In this document: positions 30,001 through 43,085 of the stretch, one piece after another
Layout: each line of letters opens with the position of its first letter
How positions within the stretch are numbered: the stretch's first letter is position 1
Assembly (NCBI GenBank): GCA_040954595.2
Contig: CM082593.2
Span: forward strand, 10,553,477 to 10,617,476
Length of the DNA: 64,000 nucleotides
Direction of reading: 5' to 3'
Source: Balanoglossus misakiensis
Taxonomy: Eukaryota; Animalia; Hemichordata
Made by a program: the position numbers and the translations under genes
Notes under the pieces: model-generated
Database searches by the model: none
Told to the model about the DNA's origin: nothing
The model's input: the letters and a program-made list of their open reading frames with translations, nothing else

Positions 30001-33000
30001 TTTGAGAAAAATCATGGGTGAAAATCATCAAAAAATGACAAATTTTCGACTGCAAAATCTCAAAATTTCGTCGATTTTTGAAAAAAAACGGGTGAAAATC
30101 ATCAAAAAATGACAAATTTTCGACTGCAAAAACTCAAAATTTCGTCAATTTTGAAAAAAATCATGGGTGAAAATCATCAAAAAATGACAAATTTTCCTCT
30201 TTGCAAAATCTATAAATTTCGTCGATTTTTGAAAAATTTTCAACTTTGCAAAATCTCAAAATTTCGTCGATTTTAGAAAAAAATCATGGGGGAAAATCAT
30301 CAAAAAATGACAAATTTTCGACTGCAAAATCTCAAAATTTCGTCGATTTTTTGAAATAAATCATTGTTGAAAATTATCAAAAAATGACAAATTTTCCTCT
30401 TTGCAAAATCTCAAAATTTCGTCGATTTTTTTAAAAAAGACGGGTGAAAATCATCAAAAATGACAAATTTTCGACTTTGCAAAATCTCAAATTCGTCGAT
30501 TTTTGAAGAAAATCAAGGGTGAAAATCATCAAAAAATGACAAATTTTCGACTTTGCAAAATCTCAAAATTTCGTCGATTTTTGAAAAAAATAATGGGGAA
30601 AATGATCAAAAAATGACCAATTTTCGACTGCAAAATTTCAAAATTTCGTCAATTTTGAAAAAATCATGGGTGAAAATCATCAAAAAATGACAAATTTTCG
30701 ACTGCAAAATCTCAAAATTTCGTCGATTTTTGAAAAAAAACGGGTGAAAATCATCAAAAAAATGACAATTTTCGACTGCAAAAACTCAAAATTTCGTCAA
30801 TTTTGAAAAAAATCATGGGTGAAAATCATCAAAAATGACAAATTTTCCTCTTTGCAAAATCTATAAATTTCGTCGATTTTTGAAAAATTTTCAACTTTGC
30901 AAAATCTCAAAATTTCGTCGATTTTTGAAAAAAATCATGGGGGAAAATCATCAAAAATGACAAATTTTTGACTGAAAAATCTCAAATTTTCGTCGATTTT
31001 TTAAAAAAATTGTTGAAAATCATCAAAAAATGACAAATTTTTGACTTTGCAAAATCTCAAAATTTCGTCAATTTTGAAAAAAATCATGGGTGAAAATCAT
31101 CAAAAAATGACAAATTTTCGACTTTGCAAAATCTGAAAATTTCGTCGATTTTTGAGAAAAATCATGGGTGAAAATCATCAAAAAATGACAAATTTTCGAC
31201 TTTGCAAAATCTGAAAATTTCGTCGATTTTTGAGAAAAATCATGGGTGAAAATCATCAAAAAATGACAAATTTTCGACTTTGCAAATCTCAAATTTTCGT
31301 CGATTTTTGAAAAAAATCATGGGGGAAAATGATCAAAAAATGACAAATTTTCGACTGCAAAATCTCAAAATTTCGTCAATTTTGAAAAAAATCATGGGTG
31401 AAAATCATGAAAAAATGACAATTTTTTTACTGCAAAATCTCAAAATTTCATCGATTTTTGAAAAAAATCATGGGTGAAAATCATCAAAAAATGACAAATT
31501 TTCGACTTTGCAAAATCTCAAAATTTCGTCGATTTTTGAAGAAAATCAAGGGTGAAAATCATCAAAAAATGACAAATTTTCGACTTTGCAAAATCTCAAA
31601 ATTTCGTCGATTTTGAAAAAAATAATGGGGAAAATGATCAAAAAATGACAAATTTTCGACTGCAAAATTTCAAAATTTCGTCAATTTTGAAAAAATCATG
31701 GGTGAAAATCATCAAAAAATGACAAATTTTCGACTGCAAAATCTCAAAATTTCGTCGATTTTTGAAAAAAAAACGGGTGAAAATCATCAAAAAATGACAA
31801 ATTTTCGACTGCAAAAACTCAAAATTTCGTCAATTTTGAAAAAAATCATGGGTGAAAATCATCAAAAAATGACAAATTTTCCTCTTTGCAAATCTATAAA
31901 TTTCGTCGATTTTTGAAAAATTTTCAACTTTGCAAAATCTCAAAATTTTCGTCGATTTTAGAAAAAAATCATGGGGGAAAATCATCAAAAAATGACAAAT
32001 TTTCGACTGCAAAATCTCAAAATTTCGTCGATTTTTGAAATAAATCATTGTTGAAAATTATCAAAAAATGACAAATTTTCCTCTTTGCAAAATCTCAAAA
32101 TTTCGTCGATTTTTTGAAAAAAGACGGGTGAAAATCATCAAAAAATGACAATTTACGACTACAAAATCTCAAAATTTCGTCGATTTGTGAAAAAAAATCA
32201 TGGGTGAAAATCATCAAAAAATGACAAATTTTCGACTTTGCAAAATCTCAAAATTTTGCCAATTTTGAAAAAATCATGGGTGAAAATCATCAAAAAATGA
32301 CAAATTTTTTACTGCAAAATCTCAAATTTTCGTCGATTTTTTAAAAAAATTGTTGAAAATCATCAAAAAATGACAAAATTTTCGACTTTGTAAAATCACA
32401 AAATTTCGTCGATTTTGAAAAAAATCATAGGTTCGTCGATTTTTTAAAAAAAAACATGGGTGAAAATCATCAAAAAATGACAAATTAAAAAAAAAAACGG
32501 GTGAAAATCATCAAAAAATGACAAATTTTCCTCCTTGCAAAATCTCAAAATTTCGTCGATTTTTGAAAAAAGACATGGGTGAAAATCATCAAAAAATGAC
32601 AAATTTTCGACTTTGCAAAATCTCAAAATTTCGTCGATTTTTGAAGAAAATCAAGGGTGAAAATCATCAAAAAATGACAAATTTTCGACTTTGCAAAATC
32701 TGAAAATTTCGTCGATTTTTGAAAAAAATCATGGGTGAAAATCATCAAAAAATGACAAATTTTTGACTGCAAAATCTCAAAATTTCGTCAATTTTTGAAA
32801 AAAATCATGGTTGAAAATCATCATGACAATGACAAATTTTCGACTTTGCAAAATCTCAAAATTTCGTCGATTTTGAAAAAAATCATGGGTTCGTCCATTT
32901 TTGAAAAAAAAACATTGGGTGAAAATCATCAAAAAATGACAAATTTTCGACTTTGCAAAATCTCAAAATTTCGTCGATTTTTGAAGAAAATCATGGGTGA

Positions 33001-36000
33001 AAATCATCAAAAAATGACAAATTTTCGACTTTGCAAAATCTCAAAATTTCGTCGATTTTTGAAAAAAGACGGGTGAAAATCATCTAAAAATGACAAATTT
33101 TCGACTTTGCAAAATCTCAAAATTTCGTTGATTTTTGAAAAAAATCATGGGGGAAAATCATCAAAAAATGACAAATTTACGACTACAAAATCTCAAAATT
33201 TCGTCGATTTGTGAAAAAAAATCATGGGTGAAAATCATCAAAAAATGACAAATTTTCGACTTTGCAAAATCTCAAAATTTTGCCAATTTTGAAAAAATCA
33301 TGGGTGAAAATCATCAAAAAATGACAATTTTTTTACTGCAAAATCTCAAATTTTCATCGATTTTTTAAAAAAATTGTTGAAAATCATCAAAAAATGACAA
33401 ATTTTTGACTGCAAAATCTCAAAATTTCGTCGATTTTTGAAAAAAAATGATTGTTGAAAATCATCAAAAAATGACAAATTTTCCTCTTTGCAAAATCTCA
33501 AAATTTCGTCGATTTTTGAAAAAAGACATGGGTGAAAATCATCAAAAAATGACAAATTTTCGACTTTGCAAAATCTCAAAATTTCGTCGATTTTCGAAAA
33601 AATCATGGGTGAAAATCATGAAAAAATGACAAATTTTCGACTTTGCAAAATCTGAAAATTTCGTCGATTTTTGAAAAAAATCATGGGGGAAAATGATCAA
33701 AAAATGACAAATTTTCGACTGCAAAATCTCAAAATTTCGTCAATTTTGAAAAAAATCATGGTCGAAAATCATCAAATAATGACAATTTTTTTACTGCAAA
33801 ATCTCAAAATTTCATCGATTTTTGAAAAAAATCATGGGTGAAAATCATCAAAAAATGACAAATTTTCGACTTTGCAAAATCTCAAAATTTCGTCGATTTT
33901 TGAAAAAAGACATGGGTGAAAATCATCAAAAAATGACAAATTTTCGACTTTGCAAATCTCAAAATTTCGTCGATTTTCGAAAAAATCATGGGTGAAAATC
34001 ATGAAAAAATGACAAATTTTCGACTTTGCAAAATCTGAAAATTTCGTCGATTTTTGAAAAAAATCATGGGGGAAAATGATCAAAAAATGACAAATTTTCG
34101 ACTGCAAAATCTCAAAATTTCGTCAATTTTGAAAAAAATCATGGTCGAAAATCATCAAATAATGACAATTTTTTTACTGCAAAATCTCAAAATTTCATCG
34201 ATTTTTGAAAAAAAATCATGGGTGAAAATCATCAAAAAATGACAAATTTTCGACTTTGCAAAATCTCAAAATTTCGTCGATTTTTGAAGAAAATCAAGGG
34301 TGAAAATCATCAAAAAATGACAAAATTTCGACTTTGCAAAATCTGAAAATTTCGTCGATTTTTGAAAAAAATCATGGGTGAAAATCATCAAAAAATGACA
34401 AATTTTTGACTGCAAAATCTCAAAATTTCGTCAATTTTTGAAAAAAATCATGGTTGAAAATCATCATGACAATGACAAATTTTCGACTTTGCAAAATCTC
34501 AAAAATTTCGTCGATTTTGAAAAAAATCATGGGTTCGTCCATTTTTGAAAAAAAAACATTGGGTGAAAATCATCAAAAAATGACAAATTTTCGACTTTGC
34601 AAAATCTATAAATTTCGTCGATTTTTGAAAAATTTTCAACTTTGCAAAATCTCAAAATTTCGTCGATTTTAGAAAAAAATCATGGGGGAAAATCATCAAA
34701 AAAATGTCAAATTTTCGACTGCAAAATCTCAAAATTTCGTCGATTTTTGAAATAAATCATTGTTGAAAATTATCAAAAAATGACAAATTTTCCTCTTTGC
34801 AAAATCTCAAAATTTCGTCGATTTTTTGAAAAAAAGACGGGTGAAAATCATCTAAAAATGACAAATTTTCGACTTTGCAAAATCTCAAAATTTCGTTGAT
34901 TTTTGAAAAAAATCATGGGGGAAAATCATCAAAAAATGACAAATTTACGACTACAAAATCTCAAAATTTCGTCGATTTGTGAAAATAAATCATGGGTGAA
35001 AATCATCAAAAAATGACAAATTTTCGACTTTGCAAAATCTCAAAATTTTGCCAATTTTGAAAAAATCATGGGTGAAAATCATCAACAAATGAAAATTTTT
35101 TTACTGCAAAATCTCAAATTTTCGTCGATTTTTTAAAAAAATTGTTGAAAATCATCAAAAAATGACAAATTTTTGACTGCAAAATCTCAAAATTTCGTCG
35201 ACTTTTGAAAAAAAATCATTGTTGAAAATCATCAAAAAATGACAAATTTTCCTCTTTGCAAAATCTCAAAATTTCGTCGATATTTGAAAAAAGACATGGG
35301 TGAAAATCATCAAAAAATGACAAATTTTCGACTTTGCAAAATCTCAAAATTTCGTCGATTTTTGAAAAAATCATGGGTGAAAATCATGAAAAAATGACAA
35401 ATTTTCGACTTTGCAAAATCTGAAAATTTCGTCGATTTTTGAAAAAAATCATGGGGGAAAATGATCAAAAAATGACAAATTTTCGACTGCAAAATCTCAA
35501 AATTTCGTCAATTTTGAAAAAAATCATGGTCGTAAATCATCAAATAATGACAATTTTTTTACTGCAAAATCTCAAAATTTCATCGATTTTTGAAAAAAAT
35601 CATGGGTGAAAATCATCAAAAAATGACAAATTTTCGACTTTGCAAAATCTCAAAATTTCGTCGATTTTTGAAGAAAATCAAGAGTGAAATCATCAAAAAA
35701 TGACAAATTTTCGACTTTGCAAAATCTCAAAATTTCGTCGATTTTTGAAAAAAATCATGGGAAAATGATCAAAAAATGACAAATTTTCGACTGCAAAATT
35801 TCAAAATTTCGTCAATTTTGAAAAAATCATAGGTGAAAATCATCAAAAAATGACAAATTTTCGACTGCAAAATCTCAAAATTTCGTCGATTTTTGAAAAA
35901 AAAACGGGTGAAAATCATCAAAAAATGACAAATTTTCGACTGCAAAGACTCAAAATTTCGTCAATTTTGAAAAAAATCATGGGTGAAAATCATCAAAAAA

Positions 36001-39000
36001 TGACAAATTTTCCTCTTTGCAAAATCTATAAATTTCGTCGATTTTTGAAAATTTTCAACTTTGCAAAATCTCAAAATTTCGTCGATTTTTGAAAAAATCA
36101 TGGGGGAAAATCATCAAAAAATGACAAATTTTCGACTGCAAAATCTCAAAATTTCGTCCATTTTTGAAATAAATCATTGTTGAAAATTATCAAAAAATGA
36201 CAAATTTTCCTCTTTGCAAAATCTCAAAATTTCGTCGATTTTTTGAAAAAAGACGGGTGAAAATCATCTAAAAATGACAAATTTTCGACTTTGCAAAATC
36301 TCAAAATTTCGTTGATTTTTGAAAAAAATCATGGGGGAAAATCATCAAAAAATGACAAATTTACGACTACAAAATCTCAAAATTTCGTCGATTTGTGAAA
36401 AAAAATCATGGGTGAAAATCATCAAAAAATGACAAATTTTCGACTTTGCAAAATCTCAAAATTTTGCCAATTTTGAAAAATCATGGGTGAAAAATCATCA
36501 ACAAATGACAATTTTTTTTACTGCAAAATCTCAAATTTTCGTCGATTTTTTAAAAAAATTGTTGAAAATCATCAAAAAATGACAAATTTTTGACTGCAAA
36601 ATCTCAAAATTTCGTCGATTTTTGAAAAAAATCATTGTTGAAAATCATCAAAAAATGACAAATTTTCCTCTTTGCAAAATCTCAAAATTTCGTCGATTTT
36701 TGAAGAAAATCATGGGTGAAAATCATCAAAAAATGACAAATTTTCGACTTTGCAAAATCTCAAAATTTCGTCGATTTTTGAAAAAAAATCATGGGGAAAA
36801 TGATCAAAAAATGACAAATTTTCGACTGCAAAATTTCAAAATTTCGTCAATTTTGAAAAAATCATGGGTGAAAATCATCAAAAAATGACAAATTTTCGAC
36901 TGCAAAATCTCAAAATTTCGTCGATTTTTGAAAAAAAAACGGGTGAAAATCATCAAAAAATGACAAATTTTCCTCTTTGCAAAATCTATAAATTTCGTCG
37001 ATTTTTGAAAAAATTTTCAACTTTGCAAAATCTCAAAATTTCGTCGATTTTAGAAAAAAATCATGGGGGAAAATCATCAAAAAATGTCAAATTTTCGACT
37101 GCAAAATCTCAAAATTTCGTCGATTTTTGAAAAAAATCATGGGTGAAAATCATCAAAAAATGACAAATTTTCCTCTTTGCAAAATCTCAAAATTTCGTCG
37201 ATTTTTTAAAAAAATTGTTGAAAATCATCAAAAAATGACAAATTTTTGACTGCAAAATCTCAAAATTTCGTCGATTTTTGAAAAAAAATCATTGTTGAAA
37301 ATCATCAAAAAATGACAAATTTTCCTCTTTGCAAAATCTCAAAATTTCGTCGATATTTGAAAAAAGACATGGGTGAAAATCATCAAAAAATGACAAATTT
37401 TCGACTTTGCAAAATCTCAAAATTTCGTCGATTTTTGAAAAAATCATGGGTGAAAATCATGAAAAAATGACAAATTTTCGACTTTGCAAAATCTGAAAAT
37501 TTCGTCTGATTTTTGAAAAAAATCATGGGGGAAAATGATCAAAAAATGACAAATTTTCGACTGCAAAATCTCAAAATTTCGTCAATTTTGAAAAAAATCA
37601 TGGTCGTAAATCATCAAATAATGACAATTTTTTTACTGCAAAATCTCAAAATTTCATCGATTTTTGAAAAAATCATGGGTGAAAATCATCAAAAAATGAC
37701 AAATTTTCGACTTTGCAAAATCTCAAAATTTCGTCGATTTTTGAAGAAAATCAAGAGTGAAAATCATCAAAAAATGACAAATTTTCGACTTTGCAAAATC
37801 TCAAAATTTCGTCGATTTTTGAAAAAAATCATGGGGAAAATGATCAAAAAATGACAAATTTTCGACTGCAAAATTTCAAAATTTCGTCAATTTTGAAAAA
37901 ATCATAGGTGAAAATCATCAAAAAATGACAAATTTTCGACTGCAAAATCTCAAAATTTCGTCGATTTTTGAAAAAAAAACGGGTGAAAATCATCAAAAAA
38001 TGACAATTTTCGACTGCAAAGACTCAAAAATTTCGTCAATTTGAAAAAAATCATGGGTGAAAATCATCAAAAAATGACAAATTTTCCTCTTTTGCAAAAT
38101 CTATAAATTTCGTCGATTTTTGAAAAATTTTCAACTTTGCAAAATCTCAAAATTTCGTCGATTTTTGAAAAAAATCATGGGGGAAAATCATCAAAAAATG
38201 ACAAATTTTCGACTGCAAAATCTCAAAATTTCGTCCATTTTTGAAATAAATCATTGTTGAAAATTATCAAAAAATGACAAATTTTCCTCTTTGCAAAATC
38301 TCAAAATTTCGTCGATTTTTTGAAAAAAGACGGGTGAAAATCATCTAAAAATGACAAATTTCGACTTTGCAAAATCTCAAAATTTCGTTGATTTTTGAAA
38401 AAATCATGGGGGAAAATCATCAAAAAATGACAAATTTACGACTACAAAATCTCAAAATTTCGTCGATTTGTGAAAAAAAATCATGGGTGAAAATCATCAA
38501 AAATGACAAATTTTCGACTTTGCAAAATCTCAAAATTTTGCCAATTTTGAAAAAATCATGGGTGAAAATCATCAAAAAATGACAAATTTTTTACTGCAAA
38601 ATCTCAAATTTTCGTCGATTTTTAAAAAAATTGTTGAAAATCATCAAAAAATGACAAATTTTTGACTGCAAAATCTCAAAATTTCGTCGATTTTTGAAAA
38701 AAAAATCATTGTTGAAAATCATCACAAAATGACAAATTTTCCTCTTTGCAAAATCTCAAAATTTATTCGATTTTTGAAAAAAATCATGGTTGAAAATCAT
38801 CATGACAATGACAAATTTTCGACTTTGCAAAATCTCAAAATTTCGTCGATTTTGAAAAAAATCATGGGTTCGTCCATTTTTGAAAAAAAAACATTCGGTG
38901 AAAATCATCAAAAAATGACAAATTTTCGACTTTGCAAAATCTGAAAATTTCGTCGATTTTTGAAAAAAATCATGGGGGAAAATGATCAAAAAATGACAAA

Positions 39001-42000
39001 TTTTCGACTGCAAAATCTCAAAATTTCGTCAATTTTGAAAAAAATCATGGTCGAAAATCATCAAATAATGACAATTTTTTTACTGCAAAATCTCAAAATT
39101 TCATCGATTTTTGAAAAAAATCATGGGTGAAAATCATCAAAAAATGACAAATTTTCGACTTTGCAAAATCTCAAAATTTCGTCGATTTTTGAAGAAAATC
39201 AAGGGTGAAAATCATCAAAAAATGACATATTTTCGACTTTGCAAAATCTAAAAATTTCGTCAATTTTTGAAAAAAATCATGGTTGAAAATCATCATGACA
39301 ATGACAAATTTTCGACTTTGCAAAATCTCAAAATTTCGTCGATTTTGAAAAAAATCATGGGTTCGTCCATTTTTGAAAAAAAACATTGGGTGAAAATCAT
39401 CAAAAAATGACAAATTTTCGACTTTGCAAAATCTCAAAATTTCGTCGATTTTTGAAGAAAATCATGGGTGAAAATCATCAAAAAATGACAAATTTTCGAC
39501 TTTGCAAAATCTCAAAATTTCGTCGATTTTTGAAAAAAAATCATGGGGAAAATGATCAAAAAATGACAAATTTTCGACTGCAAAATTTCAAAATTTCGTC
39601 AATTTTGAAAAAATCATGGGTGAAAATCATCAAAAAATGACAAATTTTCGACTGCAAAATCTCAAAATTTCGTCGATTTTTGAAAAAAAAACGGGTGAAA
39701 ATCATCAAAAAATGACAAATTTTCCTCTTTGCAAAATCTATAAATTTCGTCGATTTTTGAAAAATTTTCAACTTTGCAAAATCTCAAAATTTCGTCGATT
39801 TTAGAAAAAAATCATGGGGGAAAATCATCAAAAAATGTCAAATTTTCGACTGCAAAATCTCAAAATTTCGTCGATTTTTGAAAAAAATCATGGGTGAAAA
39901 TCATCAAAAAATGACAAATTTTCCTCTTTGCAAAATCTCAAAATTTCGTCGATTTTTAAAAAAATTGTTGAAAATCATCAAAAAATGACAAATTTTTGAC
40001 TGCAAAATCTCAAAATTTCGTCGATTTTTGAAAAAAAATCATTGTTGAAAATCATCAAAAAATGACAAATTTTCCTCTTTGCAAAATCTCAAAATTTCGT
40101 CGATATTTGAAAAAAGACATGGGTGAAAATCATCAAAAAATGACAAATTTTCGACTTTGCAAAATCTCAAAATTTCGTCGATTTTTGAAAAAATCATGGG
40201 TGAAAATCATGAAAAAATGACAAATTTTCGACTTTGCAAAATCTGAAAATTTCGTCGATTTTTGAAAAAAATCATGGGGGAAAATGATCAAAAATGACAA
40301 ATTTTCGACTGCAAAATCTCAAAATTTCGTCAATTTTGAAAAAAACCTGGTCGAAAATCATCAAATAATGACAATTTTTTTACTGCAAAATCTCAAAATT
40401 TCATCGATTTTTGAAAAAAAATCATGGGTGAAAATCATCAAAAAATGACAAATTGTCGACTTTGCAAAATCTCAAAATTTCGTCGATTTTTGAAGAAAAT
40501 CAAGGGTGAAAATCATCAAAAAATGACAAATTTTCGACATTGCAAAATCTCAAAATTTCGTCGATTTTTGAAAAAAATCATGGGGAAAATGATCAAAAAA
40601 TGACAAATTTTCGACTGCAAAATTTCAAAATTTCGTCAATTTTGAAAAAATCATGGGTGAAAATCATCAAAAAATGACAAATTTTCGACTGCAAAATCTC
40701 AAAATTTCGTCGATTTTTGAAAAAAAAACGGGTGAAAATCATCAAAAAATGACAAATTTTCGACTTCAAAGACTCAAAATTTCGTCAATTTTGAAAAAAA
40801 TCATGGGTGAAAATCATCAAAAAATGACAAATTTTCCTCTTTGCAAAATCTATAAATTTCGTCGATTTTTGAAAAATTTTCAACTTTGCAAAATCTCAAA
40901 ATTTCGTCGATTTTTGAAAAAAATCATGGGGGAAAATCATCAAAAAATGACAAATTTTCGACTGCAAAATCTCAAAATTTCGTCGATTTTTGAAATAAAT
41001 CATTGTTGAAAATTATCAAAAAATGACAAATTTTCCTCTTTGCAAAATCTCAAAATTTCGTAGATTTTTTGAAAAAAGACGGGTGAAAATCATCTAAAAA
41101 TGACAAATTTTCGACTTTGCAAAATCTCAAAATTTCGTTGATTTTTGAAAAAAATCATGGGGGAAAATCATCAAAAAATGACAAATTTACGACTACAAAA
41201 TCTCAAAATTTCGTCGATTTGTGAAAAAAAATCATGGGTGAAAATCATCAAAAAATGACAAATTTTCGACTTTGCAAAATCTCAAAATTTTGCCAATTTT
41301 GAAAAAATCATGGGTGAAAATCATCAAAAAATGACAAATTTTTTACTGCAAAATCTCAAATTTTCGTCGATTTTTTAAAAAAATTGTTGAAAATCATCAA
41401 AAAATGACAAATTTTTGACTGCAAAATCTCAAAATTTCGTCGATTTTTGAAAAAAAATCATTGTTGAAAATCATCACAAAATGACAAATTTTCCTCTTTG
41501 CAAAATCTCAAAATTTCGTCGATTTTTAAAAAAAAAGACATGGGTGAAAATCATCAAAAAATGACAAATTTACGACTGCAAAATCTCAAAATTTCGTCGA
41601 TTTGTGAAAAAAAATCATGGGTGAAAATCATCAAAAAATGACAAATTTTTGACTGCAAAATCTCAAAATTTCGTCAATTTTTGAAAAAAATCATGGTTGA
41701 AAATCATCATGACAATGACAAATTTTCGACTTTGCAAAATCTCAAAATTTCGTCGATTTTGAAAAAAATCATGGGTTCGTCTATTTTTGAAAAAAAAACA
41801 TTCGGTGAAAATCATCAAAAAATGACAAATTTTCGACTTTGCAAAATCTCAAAATTTCGTCGATTTTTGAAGAAAATCATGGGTGAAAATCATCAAAAAA
41901 TTACAAATTTTCGACTTTGCAAAATCTCAAAATTTCGTCAATTTTGAAAAAAATCATCGGTGAAAATCATCAAAAAATTACAAATTTTTTACTGCAAAAT

Positions 42001-42526
42001 CTCAAAATTTCGTCAATTTTTGAAAAAAATCATGGTTGAAAATCATCATGACAATGACAAATTTTCGACTTTGCAAAATCTCAAAATTTCGTCGATTTTG
42101 AAAAAAATCATGGGTTCGTCTATTTTTGAAAAAAAAACATTCGGTGAAAATCATCAAAAAATGACAAATTTTCGACTTTGCAAAATCTCAAAATTTCGTC
42201 GATTTTTGAAGAAAATCATGGGTGAAAATCATCAAAAAATTACAAATTTTCGACTTTGCAAAATCTCAAAATTTCGTCAATTTTGAAAAAAATCATCGGT
42301 GAAAATCATCAAAAAATTACAAATTTTTTACTGCAAAATCTCAAATTTTCGTCGATTTTTTAAAAAAATTGTTGAAAATCATCAAAAAATGACAAATTTT
42401 CCTCTCTTGCAAAATCTCAAAATTTCGTCGATTTTTGAAAAAAGACGGGTGAAAATCATCAAAAAATGACAAATTTTCGACTTTGCAAAATCTCAAAATT
42501 TCGTCGATTTTTGAAAAAAATCATGG
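1..42526. repeat. 78-bp AT-rich tandem satellite array (>42.5 kb, continues beyond the left edge)
   Basis: Consensus ATCATGGGTGAAAATCATCAAAAAATGACAAATTTTCGACTTTGCAAAATCTCAAAATTTCGTCGATTTTTGAAAAAA repeats head-to-tail in one orientation, with 76-81 bp variants and shorter deletion units. It ends abruptly at ...GAAAAAAATCATGG (42526). Confidence 0.99.
6521..14000. repeat. Near-identical 3858-bp tandem block duplication inside the satellite
   Basis: Rare variants recur at a constant 3858 offset: TCGGCTTTGC 6521/10379, GAAAATTTCTTCG 8743/12601, TTTTGCTAAATC 7191/11049. The ORF track repeats at the same offset (6527/10385, 8066/11924, 9374/13232, 9848/13706). Right end approximate. Confidence 0.92.
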
Positions 42527-43085
42527 CAGGTGTCAAAGGTATCCCCCTGTATTTGGCATTTCATGATAGTTTCCTCCCTCCAAATACCAAAGCTGCACCT
42601 GTACAACGGGATGAGATATGGCACTGTATGACAGAGGTCATCAAAATCACCTTATACATTTGGGCAAAAACCAACTGACACTTACATTCGTCCCTGTGGA
42701 ACAAAAACCACACCTATCGCCCTGTTGGTTAGTGTACAATTAAATGTACAAAATCAATGACTTAGGCAGGTGCAACAGGTGACCCCGCCTTTGGTATGTC
42801 ATTATGGTCCCATCCGTATATGCCCCCCCCCCCCCCAAGCCAAAGCTGCATGCATCTTCTGTAGATGCTCACTAAGCAAAAGTAGGTGAAAGGTCACATA
42901 AGGTCGCCCACAACTTGACGGGAAAATCGGACTTCATATTGATCCATGTGCAACAAATACCACGCTACCACCCCTTTCATTGACCCCACAATTACGCATG
43001 CACATAATTATTGAGTTACGCAGGTGTCACAGGTGACCCCCGAATCGGGTGTATTATTTTGGTCCCATACAGCTGCATGTAGCTG
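42527..43085. repeat. Degenerate ~240-254-bp tandem repeat (about 2.3 units) abutting the satellite
   Basis: Units start CAGGTGTCAAAGGT (42527), CAGGTGCAACAGGTGACCCC (42767) and CAGGTGTCACAGGTGACCCC (43021). Shared internal motifs: AGCTGCA, GTCCCTGTGGAACAAAAACCAC vs ATCCATGTGCAACAAATACCAC, and ACAATTA. Confidence 0.75.

Noticed and set aside
60-42526. More than 100 short ORFs repeating MGENHQKMTNFRLCKISKFRRFLKKI
   Set aside because: 78 bp equals 26 codons and the consensus happens to lack a stop in that frame. Frequent 76/77/79-bp monomers break the frame every few units, showing no coding constraint.
1-42526. CRISPR-like array
   Set aside because: There are no unique spacers, the monomers are contiguous, no cas genes are present, and the context is eukaryotic with spliceosomal introns.
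1-42526. CENP-B box or telomeric repeat in the monomer
   Set aside because: TTCG and CGGG occur but not at the TTCG-N4-A-N2-CGGG spacing. No TTAGGG-type runs were seen.
42466-42678. ORF reading out of the satellite into flanking DNA
   Set aside because: Chance read-through into a non-coding degenerate repeat; no recognisable domain.
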